A stretch of DNA of 32,000 bases from Ktedonobacterales bacterium (GTDB lineage Bacteria > Chloroflexota > Ktedonobacteria > Ktedonobacterales > JADMIN01). The notes beneath the pieces are model-generated. The model did no database searches and was not told the origin of the DNA. It saw nothing but the letters and a program-made list of their open reading frames with translations. A program made the translations under genes and the position numbers. Shown piece by piece: positions 24,027 through 32,000 of the stretch (position 1 is the first letter of the stretch; each line of letters starts with the position of its first letter). The stretch is taken from positions 90,001 to 122,000 of the forward strand of contig CP126532.1 in the NCBI GenBank assembly GCA_030167145.1, read 5' to 3'.

Positions 24027-25301
24027 ATGATGAGTACCGAGCGTACCGAAATTGACACCCGCGCCGCGATGATCCTGGAGCGCTGTGATGCGTTAGGCGC
24101 GATGAGTGAAGAGCAGGACTGCCTCACCCGGCGCTACGGCACTCCAGCCATGCGTGCGGTGAACGAGCGCGTCATGAACTGGATGCGCGCGGCAGGTATG
24201 AACGTACATCGCGACGCAATCGGCAATCTTATCGCACGCTACGAGGCGGATGTGTCCGATCCTCCCACATTGCTACTTGGCTCGCACCTCGATACGGTGC
24301 GCGATGCCGGTAAGTATGACGGCCCGCTGGGCGTATTAGTCGCGCTCGCGTTGGTGGAAACACTTCACGCAAGTGGCGCGCGCCTGCCTTTTGCACTTGA
24401 ACTGTATGGCTTCTGCGATGAGGAGGGCTTGCGCTACCACACGGGCTATCTCGGCAGCCGTGCGGTAGCTGGCGACCTTAATCTCAACGATTTGAATGTG
24501 TCTGATGCAAATAGCATCGCACTCGTCGAGGCAATTCGCACGTTCGGCGGCGATCCTGACGCCCTCGCTACGTGCGCCCGGAGGCGCGATGATCTGCTCG
24601 GCTACTGCGAGGTGCATATCGAACAAGGGCCAGTGCTAGAGGCGCACAATCTGCCGGTAGGAGTTGTCTCAGCGATTCAGGGGCAATCGCGTATCACGGT
24701 GGGGTTCATGGGGATGGCAGGCCATGCAGGCACTGTACCCATGGCGATGCGCCACGATGCGCTCTGCGCCGCGAGTGAATTTCTGCTTGAGGTCGAGCGA
24801 CTGGGGCGCGCCACCGAGGGGCTGGTTGCAACCGTTGGCCAGCTCGACGCCTATCCCGGCGCGAGCAATGTGATTCCAGGTCAGGTGACGCTGAGCCTGG
24901 ACGTGCGGCATCAGGATGATGCAATGCGCGAGCAGACATGTGAGCGGCTTGAATCGCGCGGGCGGGAAATCGCTCAATCACGCGGTGTCACCATGGAGTG
25001 GCACTTGCTTGGCGCCCACCACTCAGTCCCGTGCTCAACACACCTGCGCGCGCTCCTTGCCCAGGCAATCGCCGACCAGAATGTCGAATCATATTCGCTG
25101 CCGAGTGGCGCGGGTCATGATGCGGTGCCGATGTCGTTGCTCACCGATGTCACAATGCTCTTTGTACGTTGCGCGGGCGGTATCAGCCATTCTCCCGCCG
25201 AGTCGGTTACCAGGGAAGATGTCGCATTGGCGCTGGCTACACTGCAACGCTTCGTGGCGCTGATGGCCGACGAGTGGGCGGCGAAGCGAGGCACCCCATG
25301 A
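24027..25301 (+). CDS. allC: Allantoate amidohydrolase (M20/M25/M40 amidase/hydantoinase family)
   Basis: 'GNLIARY...LLLGSHLDTVRDAGKYDGPLGV', 'FCDEEGLRY' and 'EVHIEQGPVLE' are typical of this family. Genomic context between uraH and allantoinase supports the call. A role as N-carbamoyl-amino-acid amidohydrolase cannot be excluded from sequence alone. Confidence 0.8.
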   Translation: MMSTERTEIDTRAAMILERCDALGAMSEEQDCLTRRYGTPAMRAVNERVMNWMRAAGMNVHRDAIGNLIARYEADVSDPPTLLLGSHLDTVRDAGKYDGPLGVLVALALVETLHASGARLPFALELYGFCDEEGLRYHTGYLGSRAVAGDLNLNDLNVSDANSIALVEAIRTFGGDPDALATCARRRDDLLGYCEVHIEQGPVLEAHNLPVGVVSAIQGQSRITVGFMGMAGHAGTVPMAMRHDALCAASEFLLEVERLGRATEGLVATVGQLDAYPGASNVIPGQVTLSLDVRHQDDAMREQTCERLESRGREIAQSRGVTMEWHLLGAHHSVPCSTHLRALLAQAIADQNVESYSLPSGAGHDAVPMSLLTDVTMLFVRCAGGISHSPAESVTREDVALALATLQRFVALMADEWAAKRGTP

Positions 25302-26668
25302 GCACGTATGATGTGTTGATACGTGACGGCGCACTTTGCACCGAGGCAGAGACGCGGGTGGCTGATGTGGCAATCAGTGACGGACGTATCGTCGCCATTG
25401 GCGCGGATCTGGGCGGAAGCGCGAAGAATGAGATTCTGGCGACAGGACTGCATGTATTCCCCGGAGTGATTGATGCGCACGTGCATTTCAATGAGCCGGG
25501 GCGGACGGAGTGGGAAGGATTCGCCAGCGGTACACGTGCGCTCGCGGCGGGCGGGACCACCACTGCTATCGAAATGCCACTGAACGCGCACCCGCCGACG
25601 ATTGATCCCGCTGCTTTCGATCTGAAGGTCGCTGCCGCGCGGGCATCCGCGCTGGTAGACTTCGCACTCTGGGGCGGGCTAACACCTGGCAGTTTGGACC
25701 AGATGGAGGAACTGGATGCACGCGGCATCGTTGGCTTCAAAGCCTTTATGTCCAGCAGTGGCATCGAAGATTTTTCAGCAGTGGATGATCTGACACTATA
25801 TGAGGGGATGGCGGTGGCCGCCCGCCTGGGGCGCATCGTCGCGGTTCATGCTGAGAATGACGCCATCACGCGCGAACTGGCTAGCAACGCGCGGCGCGAA
25901 GGTCGCACCCGAATACGCGACTACCTCACTTCACGGCCCGCTATTGCTGAAATTGAGGCGATTAGTCGCGCCATTTTGTTTGCCGAGGAAACCTGCTGCC
26001 CCTTACACATCGTGCATGTCAGCACCGGGCGTGGAGTGGCGCTGGTGGCGGAGGCAGCGCAGCACGGTGTAGATGTCACTTGTGAGACATGCCCACACTA
26101 TTTGGCATTGACCGATGAGGATGTGGAACGGCTGGGCGCGGTCGCCAAGTGCGCGCCGCCGTTACGGTCCGAGGCTGAGCGGGAAGCGCTATGGCAACAG
26201 TTGCTTACGGGCAATGTCGCGTTCATTGCTTCAGATCATTCGCCTGCGCCACCAGAAATGAAGACCGACAGTGACTTTTTCGCCGTGTGGGGTGGCATCT
26301 CCGGTTGCCAGACATTGCTGGGTATAGTGCTTACTGAAGGCTGGGAGCGGCGCGATCTGTCATTGCAGCAAATTGTGCGCCTGACGAGCGTAAACGTTGC
26401 GCGGCGCTTCGGTTTCCCCGATAAGGGGCGGCTGGTCATTGGGGCGGACGCCGACCTCGCTTTGGTAGACCTAAACAGCAGTGACACCCTTCGCGCCTCG
26501 GATTTGCTCTATCGTCATCAGCATAGCCCCTTTGTGGGGCAGATGTTGCGCGGGCGGGTTGTGCGAACGATGGTACGTGGCATCACAGTGTTTCTGGAAG
26601 GTGCGATTGTCTCCGCACCAGTCGGACGGCTGATACAGCCGACCTCTGGGGGATCGAGTCAGAAGTAA
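25298..26668 (+). CDS. allB: Allantoinase (cyclic amidohydrolase)
   Basis: 'MSTYDVLIRDG...GVIDAHVHFNEPGRTEWEGFASGTRALAAGGTTT', 'GFKAFM', 'HAEN' and 'ASDHSP'. The ATG at 25298 overlaps the allC stop (ATGA), implying translational coupling. The track extension from 25169 looks spurious. Confidence 0.9.
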   Translation: MSTYDVLIRDGALCTEAETRVADVAISDGRIVAIGADLGGSAKNEILATGLHVFPGVIDAHVHFNEPGRTEWEGFASGTRALAAGGTTTAIEMPLNAHPPTIDPAAFDLKVAAARASALVDFALWGGLTPGSLDQMEELDARGIVGFKAFMSSSGIEDFSAVDDLTLYEGMAVAARLGRIVAVHAENDAITRELASNARREGRTRIRDYLTSRPAIAEIEAISRAILFAEETCCPLHIVHVSTGRGVALVAEAAQHGVDVTCETCPHYLALTDEDVERLGAVAKCAPPLRSEAEREALWQQLLTGNVAFIASDHSPAPPEMKTDSDFFAVWGGISGCQTLLGIVLTEGWERRDLSLQQIVRLTSVNVARRFGFPDKGRLVIGADADLALVDLNSSDTLRASDLLYRHQHSPFVGQMLRGRVVRTMVRGITVFLEGAIVSAPVGRLIQPTSGGSSQK

Positions 26669-26698
26669 TGTCGAGTTTGCAGGGATGACAGGCGATTT

Positions 26699-27712
26699 TC
26701 ACTTGTTATTGGCAGATAGGTCGTGCAAGGCAGGAACGTTGTACAGACTTGTAGCCGCGTAGACGGCTTTCACCACTGCGCGGGCCAGCGTTTGCGCAGC
26801 GAGTGCGCCCGCGATAGTCAGCGCGAATGGCCAGCCGCCTTGAGCTTCCTCATGGACCGTATCATGGGCTGTGGAGAGCGCAAATACGATATCGCCATCC
26901 ATCGGCGTATGTACTGGGCGAATCGCGCGCGCGAGGCCAGTGTTCGCCATCTGAGCGAGTTTTGCGAGATCGGATTTACTCCAGGGCGCGTCGGTGGCAA
27001 TCACGGCGAGAGTCGTGTTTGTTCCAGACAGCGATACAGACCCAGCATCGAATCTGGTTCCAGCGAGATCTTCGGCGAGCCAGCCATGGCCATTGGGGCT
27101 ACGTGCGCCAGCAACGATATGCCCCGTTGTCTCATCATAGATGTCGCCGAGCGCATTAACGGCGACAAGAACGCCAAGGATATGGCCATCTGGGAGTACC
27201 GTACTGGCGCTACCGATTCCGCCTTTCACGGCCAGCGATGGTCCGCCCTGCTTGCCAACTGTTGCGCCAGTTCCTGCGCCTACAGAGCCTTGTTGTACGG
27301 GGCCATGTGTAGCAGCCAACACAGCGCGCGCACCGGATTCAGCGTCGGGGCGAACCGCAGAGCTGCCGACACCCAAATCGAAGAGCGCCGCTGTAGGAAC
27401 TATGGGCACACGCGCTGGTCCAGCGTCATAGCCAACACCGCGCCGTTCCAGTTCGCGCATCACACCGGTTGCCGCATCTAAACCGAAAGCGCTCCCGCCT
27501 GCAAGCAGCACCGCATGGACCTCGCGCATGAAGCACAGTGGCGAGAGCAAATCGGTTTCTCGCGTCGCCGGCGCACCGCCACGCACATCCACCGCGCCAA
27601 GCGCTGACCCCTCTGGCAGAATGACCGTGCAGCCAGTGCCTGCGTCGAGCAACGTATCATGCCCCACGGAAATGCCTGGTACATCGCAGATGTCGTCGTT
27701 ACGCGCGCTCAT
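26699..27712 (-). CDS. Peptidase family S58 / P1 (DmpA/BapA-like Ntn aminopeptidase)
   Basis: 'ICDVPGISVGHDT...GTGCTVIL', the putative self-processing site 'SGTNTTLAVIATDA', and 'HTPMDGDIVFALST'. Confidence 0.83.
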   Translation of the reverse strand: MSARNDDICDVPGISVGHDTLLDAGTGCTVILPEGSALGAVDVRGGAPATRETDLLSPLCFMREVHAVLLAGGSAFGLDAATGVMRELERRGVGYDAGPARVPIVPTAALFDLGVGSSAVRPDAESGARAVLAATHGPVQQGSVGAGTGATVGKQGGPSLAVKGGIGSASTVLPDGHILGVLVAVNALGDIYDETTGHIVAGARSPNGHGWLAEDLAGTRFDAGSVSLSGTNTTLAVIATDAPWSKSDLAKLAQMANTGLARAIRPVHTPMDGDIVFALSTAHDTVHEEAQGGWPFALTIAGALAAQTLARAVVKAVYAATSLYNVPALHDLSANNK

Positions 27713-27801
27713 GCTTTGTCTCTTGGAACGTGTATGTCGCCTGCCATCGGACTAACCACATTGTAGCAGGGATGGCGACGATACAGCACACGAGTTGCTG
27801 C

Positions 27802-28713
27802 TTAGCGGCGTCGCATCACGAGTTGGCCGAGCATACCAACGAAGACTACAATGACGCCTCCGCACCAGAGATAGAACCCAGTCGAATAATGTGAAACGGT
27901 AATCGCTGAGATGCCGTGATCTTGGACGAAGGGCAGGCCACTTAGGAAACCCAGCCCAGCAAAACCTGCCGCACCGAGCAGCACGAGCGTAAGCAATGTA
28001 GCCGCACCCCACAGCACTGGGAAGAAGAGTATGGATGCGCAGCCAGATAGGCCGACGACGCCCAGTATCTTGTTGAGGGTGCTAACTACAACATTGAAGA
28101 GGATCAGTGACGCAGAGAGAATGGCGGCGATGCCGACAATACCGCGCGCAAGGTTGATGGCAGCCGCGCCAGTGTCTACCCCTGTCGCGCTCTGGATGCG
28201 TGTACTGGTGAAGTCTCGAACAAAGACCGGTGCACCGCTCGCGTCAACGCCCCATCGCTGGCTGATAGCGACAAACATAGCGATGAGGCCCGCGACGAGG
28301 AAGATATGTGCGACTGGTAAATGTGGCAGCGAAACACCAGATGGAGATCGGTGCGCTTTCTGCCTGCGCTCGGCTGCAACAGGTGGCGCATAAATAGAGG
28401 GCTGAGGAGCGTAGGCGCGCGGATCCGCAACTTGCCTATACGGCGGGCGCTCAGGCATTGGACGGGCTGATCGTTGATAATCTGGCTCCGGCCACTGTGG
28501 AGGACGTCCACCAGGATACGGCGGCGGCGCGGGTTGATACGATGGCGGCTGGTAATATCCGTTGTCGCCATACCCACCAGATCCAGGAAAGCGTTGCGTC
28601 GGCGCGTTGTTTGGGTCATTTGTGCCGCCTTGATTCCCATGGTTTGGCCATGGCTGTTCAGAATAGCCTCGCGCAGGCGGCTGGTTCGGATCATCCCACA
28701 TGCTGGCGCTCAC
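27802..28713 (-). CDS. Hypothetical membrane protein with ~125-aa Pro/Gln/Tyr/Gly-rich disordered N-terminus
   Basis: The N-terminus is 'PPARGYSEQPWPNHGNQGG...GYYQPPSYQPAPPPYPGGRPPQWPEPDY', followed by about 5 TM helices. The start is either GTG 28713 or ATG 28701. No family recognised. Confidence 0.55.
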   Translation of the reverse strand: MSASMWDDPNQPPARGYSEQPWPNHGNQGGTNDPNNAPTQRFPGSGGYGDNGYYQPPSYQPAPPPYPGGRPPQWPEPDYQRSARPMPERPPYRQVADPRAYAPQPSIYAPPVAAERRQKAHRSPSGVSLPHLPVAHIFLVAGLIAMFVAISQRWGVDASGAPVFVRDFTSTRIQSATGVDTGAAAINLARGIVGIAAILSASLILFNVVVSTLNKILGVVGLSGCASILFFPVLWGAATLLTLVLLGAAGFAGLGFLSGLPFVQDHGISAITVSHYSTGFYLWCGGVIVVFVGMLGQLVMRRR

Positions 28714-28938
28714 TTTCTCGCTGGCTCTGCCGGATACGTGACTGGCGGCAAGATTGATATGAGGCCGCTGGTGCTCGCGGCCTTGCTTGCGCGCATACTA
28801 CGGTTAGGACGCAGGTGAGGTCAAATGCCCCGGACTTCTGTGGAACTATGTGGCTTGATTGCACACCCGACACGACAAACAAACACGTCATACAAGATGC
28901 ATCGCCAGTTGGAATAGGCCATCATGGCCATGGTCAAG

Positions 28939-28967
28939 TTGTATCGTCCGCCAGGCATAGGTATAAT
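28939..28967 (+). promoter_or_regulatory. Candidate sigma-70 promoter for xer-punA (TTGTAT-17 nt-TATAAT)
   Basis: -35 at 28939-28944 and a perfect -10 TATAAT at 28962-28967. This implies a ~115-nt leader before the xer ATG. Confidence 0.4.
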
Positions 28968-29048
28968 ACGGTCGGTATTGTTGTGTTATGGGGACCGCTT
29001 GAAGCGGTGTAAGGTAGTTGGATGCCACATATACTACCTGTTAGCTGG

Positions 29049-29078
29049 GCGGTAGCTATGGAGGCGGTAGCTATGGAG
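29049..29078 (+). repeat. Perfect 15-bp tandem duplication (GCGGTAGCTATGGAG x2) in the xer leader
   Basis: Read directly: gcggtagctatggag gcggtagctatggag. It ends 11 nt before the xer start codon, and the second copy supplies GGAG as the likely RBS. Confidence 0.9.
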
Positions 29079-29089
29079 AAGCGAAGCGA

Positions 29090-29971
29090 ATGAAGCGCAC
29101 AATGGATGAGGCTATCGAAGATTTTGTGAGCGCGTTGGCCTCAGAGCGGAAGTCAAGTCACAATACGATGGGTGCGTATCGAACCGACTTGCGGCAGATT
29201 TCGGACTTCCTGACGCATCGCGACATTTCCACTTGGGTGGAAGTAACCCCCGCGCTTGTAACAGACTTCGTGCTGCATTTGCGGGAGCGCGGGTATGCAA
29301 CGACCTCTATCGCGCGTAAGGTCGCAGCGCTGAAATCATTCTTTCACTATCTTCAGCATACCGGCGTGATCGTAGCGGATCCAGCACAGGCATTGCAGAC
29401 GCCGCGCGTAGAGAAAGATCTCCCCCGCGCATTAGCGCCAGAAGAAATCGGGCAGCTTTTCAACGTTGTCCAGGCTGCATCGGGAGTAGGGCAGCGCGAC
29501 CTGGCCATGCTGCATACGATCTATTCTACTGGCATGCGCGTGACAGAGTTAGTCTCGCTCAACGTCGGCCACATTGACTTGGCTCGTGGGCATGTACGCT
29601 GTGTTAGCCAGAACCGAAAAGAGCGTCTGCTGCCACTCTCGCTCGCGGCACAGAGCACGCTAGGAGTGTACATCGAAGGACATCGCCGTTCACTTCTGCG
29701 CTCACTCGACGAACCTGCGCTCTTCTTGAATCACCATGGAGAACGCCTCACCCGCCAGGGCTTTTGGCTCATCATTAAAGGTTACGCAAAAGCGGCTGGG
29801 CTGCCGAACATCACACCTCATACCTTGCGGCACTCATTCGCGCTAGATATGCTTGAGCAAGGCATGGAACTTCGCTCGGTACAAGAGTTGCTTGGCCACG
29901 CCAATATCTCGACAACGCATGTCTACAAGCAAATGCGGCGGCGGCAGGCCGTGGCAGTCACCGTGCCATAA
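29090..29971 (+). CDS. Site-specific tyrosine recombinase, XerC/XerD family
   Basis: The N-terminal SAM-like domain is 'SHNTMGAYRTDLRQISDFL...ARKVAALKSFFHYL'. The catalytic residues fall in 'YSTGMRVTEL' (Arg), 'HTLRHSFALDMLEQGMELRSVQELLGHANISTTHVY' (H-x-x-R, H, Y). Confidence 0.88.
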   Translation: MKRTMDEAIEDFVSALASERKSSHNTMGAYRTDLRQISDFLTHRDISTWVEVTPALVTDFVLHLRERGYATTSIARKVAALKSFFHYLQHTGVIVADPAQALQTPRVEKDLPRALAPEEIGQLFNVVQAASGVGQRDLAMLHTIYSTGMRVTELVSLNVGHIDLARGHVRCVSQNRKERLLPLSLAAQSTLGVYIEGHRRSLLRSLDEPALFLNHHGERLTRQGFWLIIKGYAKAAGLPNITPHTLRHSFALDMLEQGMELRSVQELLGHANISTTHVYKQMRRRQAVAVTVP

Positions 29972-30025
29972 GTCGTTCGGTCTCAAAATATCAGGCCTCG
30001 TCGCAATAGTATGTGGAGGTTAACG

Positions 30026-30883
30026 ATGGATGGTACCGATCCCGTACCGCATGGCGAGACCGCGATAAGTGTAGCCGCGCAATATATCCAGAACCTGTCA
30101 CCTCTTGTTCCGCGCGTTGCCCTTGTACTGGGGACGGGACTCGGCGGGCTTGCCGAGCGGATTACGGAGCGTGTAGTCATTCCCTATGCGGATGTGCCGC
30201 ACTTCCCGCTTGCGACTGTTGCGGGGCATGCGGGTCAACTCGTACTGGGCCAGTTGGGTGGTGTGCCAGTAGCGGCCATGCAAGGGCGATTTCACCTTTA
30301 CGAGGGCTACACCCCGCAACAGGTCGTTCTGCCGCTACGCACATTGCACAGCCTTGGCGCAGATACCCTCATCGTGACCAATGCAGCAGGCGGACTCGAC
30401 GCGACATACAAGGCTGGCGATTTGATGTTGATCCGCGACCATATTGGTCTGGCGATGATGTCAGGTATCAATCCTTTGATTGGTCCAAACGACACATCAC
30501 TGGGGCCGCGCTTCCCGGCCATGACGGACACATACGATGCTGAACTGCGGACATGGGCGCGGATGACAGCAAATCAGCTCGGTATCGCGCTTCGCGAAGG
30601 TGTCTATATCATGCTTAGCGGACCAACATATGAGACGCCAGCCGAGTTGCGATTTCTGCGGCTGATCGGGGCCGACGCAGTGGGGATGTCTACTGTGCCG
30701 GAGGTCATCGCGGCTCGACACATGGGCATGCGTGTGCTGGCAATCTCATGCGTGACAAATGTAGCGTTACGTGCCGATGATACTCCCGTCGAGCCGAACC
30801 ATGAGGAGGTAGTGGAAGCCGCGGAACGCGCGGGAACAGCGCTAAGCGAGATCATCACGGGTGTGCTGGAACGACTTCACTAG
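30026..30883 (+). CDS. punA: Purine nucleoside phosphorylase (trimeric PNP/PunA type)
   Basis: 'VALVLGTGLGGLA', 'VAGHAGQLVLGQLGGVPVAAMQGRFHLYEGY' and 'LSGPTYETPAELRFLRLIGADAVGMSTVPEVIAA'. GGAGG at 30015-30019 favours the ATG at 30026 over 30011. Confidence 0.9.
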   Translation: MDGTDPVPHGETAISVAAQYIQNLSPLVPRVALVLGTGLGGLAERITERVVIPYADVPHFPLATVAGHAGQLVLGQLGGVPVAAMQGRFHLYEGYTPQQVVLPLRTLHSLGADTLIVTNAAGGLDATYKAGDLMLIRDHIGLAMMSGINPLIGPNDTSLGPRFPAMTDTYDAELRTWARMTANQLGIALREGVYIMLSGPTYETPAELRFLRLIGADAVGMSTVPEVIAARHMGMRVLAISCVTNVALRADDTPVEPNHEEVVEAAERAGTALSEIITGVLERLH

Positions 30884-31471
30884 CTACGACGCTACGATGG
30901 TGACGGTTAACCGCCACACCGATTTCCAGCCTTTCTCACCCGCCGCGAAGATCTCGATCTCGTACTTGCCAGGTGCGACCGATGGCGCGGTGAGACGCCA
31001 TATTGCTTTGCCTGTGCTGTCGGTAGTCTGTGGTGTCGGCCATTGCTGAAAGAGTGGCAAAGCGCCATCGGTCGGCGACCGCATAACGCATTGTATCCCC
31101 GCAAGCGGAGTAACGCCGTCTGGCCCAACTACAGTGGTCATGACAGAGAATGCCGCGCCAGATTTGAGAATATTGGGCGTCACCACTGCGCGAAGCGAAA
31201 AACCCGCGGGTGGTAGCACAGTTGGCGTAGTGGCGGCCGTGGCAGGTGTGGTAGGTGTGAAAGTAGATGCGGGCTTGGGGAACTCGGTCGGTGTCTTAGT
31301 GGTAGCCGCGACAGTTGCGGTTGCCACAGGTGGCGATGTATGCCCCGATGGATTGCCATTGATAAGTCGGGTGGCAGCCCCTGCCGCAAGACCGCTCATC
31401 GAGCATGCCGCTAAGACTATCGCCAACAGCAGACTTTGCGCAAAGCGGGGCGCTGAGTGCTGAGACCTCAC
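30884..31471 (-). CDS. Hypothetical lipoprotein with Thr/Pro-rich linker and Ig-like beta-sandwich C-terminal domain
   Basis: The signal plus lipobox is 'LLLAIVLAAC'. The linker is 'TTKTPTEFPKPASTFTPTTPATAATTPT'. The C-terminal 'TDSTGKAIWRLTAPSVAPGKYEIEIFAAG' resembles bacterial Ig-like/MG-type folds, which is a weak inference. Confidence 0.6.
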   Translation of the reverse strand: MRSQHSAPRFAQSLLLAIVLAACSMSGLAAGAATRLINGNPSGHTSPPVATATVAATTKTPTEFPKPASTFTPTTPATAATTPTVLPPAGFSLRAVVTPNILKSGAAFSVMTTVVGPDGVTPLAGIQCVMRSPTDGALPLFQQWPTPQTTDSTGKAIWRLTAPSVAPGKYEIEIFAAGEKGWKSVWRLTVTIVAS

Positions 31472-31495
31472 GTTACTTTACCACCATGCTGTTCA

Positions 31496-32000
31496 CTAAT
31501 TCGACGAAGGCGCGTGAGCTTTCTCGAAGTCGCCGAGTGCAACTTCTGGTTCACTCAGCATGAGTGCTGAGATGTCTATGACGCGCGTATCAGGCAGGAG
31601 CATAGCTGGGCCACGCCGGTTGCTCACCAGGTGAGCGAGGTCTGCATCGCACAATAGCCACTCGGTGAGCAGCACATACCCTGCCCAGTGAGCTGGATTG
31701 GATGTGCGCTCCCAAATGGCCTCGCCATACCGAAATGCCTGCTCGAAGTACTCATTGCCGCGTATGGCGAATGGAAAGAGCTTGCGTCCCACAGGCTCAC
31801 CTTCGACCTCACCCGCCTGTAAAATTGTCTGGACAATGGTGCGCGCCGAATCAAGCGTGCGCCGAGTCTTTGGATCACAGCGGGTCAGAAGGATACCACC
31901 GAGAGTGAGGTCATGGCCAGATTCACGAACCTGCCCCATGAGCCGCAGCATAGCTTCCAGCCCTTCAAGCGCGGCAATTTCCGGTGCAATTGGCAAGATG
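31496..32000 (-). CDS. ParA/MinD-like P-loop ATPase, C-terminal part (5' end outside the window) with ~50-aa C-terminal extension
   Basis: 'LPIAPEIAALEGLEAMLRLMGQV...LTLGGILLTRCDPKTRRT' matches the ParA/Soj segment around 'P.q.e..ALEGl..Ll.t...v......l.i.Gil.Tm.d.Rt'. The ORF is open to the window edge, and the TTG 'start' in the track is an artefact. Confidence 0.65.
   Translation of the reverse strand, partial: ILPIAPEIAALEGLEAMLRLMGQVRESGHDLTLGGILLTRCDPKTRRTLDSARTIVQTILQAGEVEGEPVGRKLFPFAIRGNEYFEQAFRYGEAIWERTSNPAHWAGYVLLTEWLLCDADLAHLVSNRRGPAMLLPDTRVIDISALMLSEPEVALGDFEKAHAPSSN

Noticed and set aside
29090-29971. Tyrosine recombinase as the integrase of a mobile element or genomic island.
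   Set aside because: There is no flanking tRNA, no att-like direct repeats, and no phage or transposon genes. The sequence is Xer-like ('VQELLGHANISTTHVY'). It is followed by punA, a linkage I recall from the Bacillus subtilis ripX-drm-pupG region, so it looks like housekeeping chromosome-dimer resolution.
30884-30899. Near-tandem octamer GCTACGAC/GCTACGAT at the punA/lipoprotein junction.
   Set aside because: It lies within the 3' end of the lipoprotein coding sequence (…VTIVAS). It is short and imperfect, so it is most likely coincidental.

Overview
GC-rich (roughly 58-60% by eye), gene-dense bacterial chromosomal window with about 29 protein genes. I found no rRNA, tRNA, CRISPR array, transposase or prophage signature. 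The protein repertoire fits a Chloroflexota/Actinobacteria-like monoderm, but that is inference only and cannot be confirmed without a database search. Most of the content is housekeeping or metabolic. Genes I can support: a 5'-truncated Ski2/HelY-like helicase, a ClC channel with four CBS motifs, Fe/Mn superoxide dismutase, an HLD-I haloalkane dehalogenase, a GlsB/YeaQ/YmgE stress protein, chromate transporter ChrA, and a GH15 glycoside hydrolase. Next comes an ECF sigma factor co-transcribed with a membrane-anchored bc-type Rieske protein, followed by sigma-54, SufT/DUF59, a NUDIX hydrolase, a 947-aa secreted CHAP/propeller/ConA-like protein, and a Cof-type HAD phosphatase. After these are a TolB-like lipoprotein with two tiny partner genes, a compact urate-to-ureidoglycine operon (uraD, uricase, uraH, allC, allB), an S58/DmpA peptidase, a Xer recombinase, purine nucleoside phosphorylase, and a 3'-edge ParA-like ATPase. 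Several ORF-track entries carry spurious N-terminal extensions, which I trimmed using RBS and homology logic. Many long antisense ORFs are GC-composition artefacts. I see no unambiguous novel multi-gene system. The best leads are: (1) the ECF sigma / orphan high-potential-type Rieske pair, whose topology matches an anti-sigma factor; (2) a sigma-54 with a Cys4 knuckle inserted in region II; (3) the CHAP-propeller-lectin exoprotein and its roughly 260-nt leader; (4) the uncharacterised lipoprotein / 58-aa acidic protein / 3-TM mini-operon; (5) a roughly 490-bp non-coding stretch carrying TGACGCA-type repeats upstream of the ECF sigma gene. All functional assignments come from motif recognition by eye, and no searches were run.
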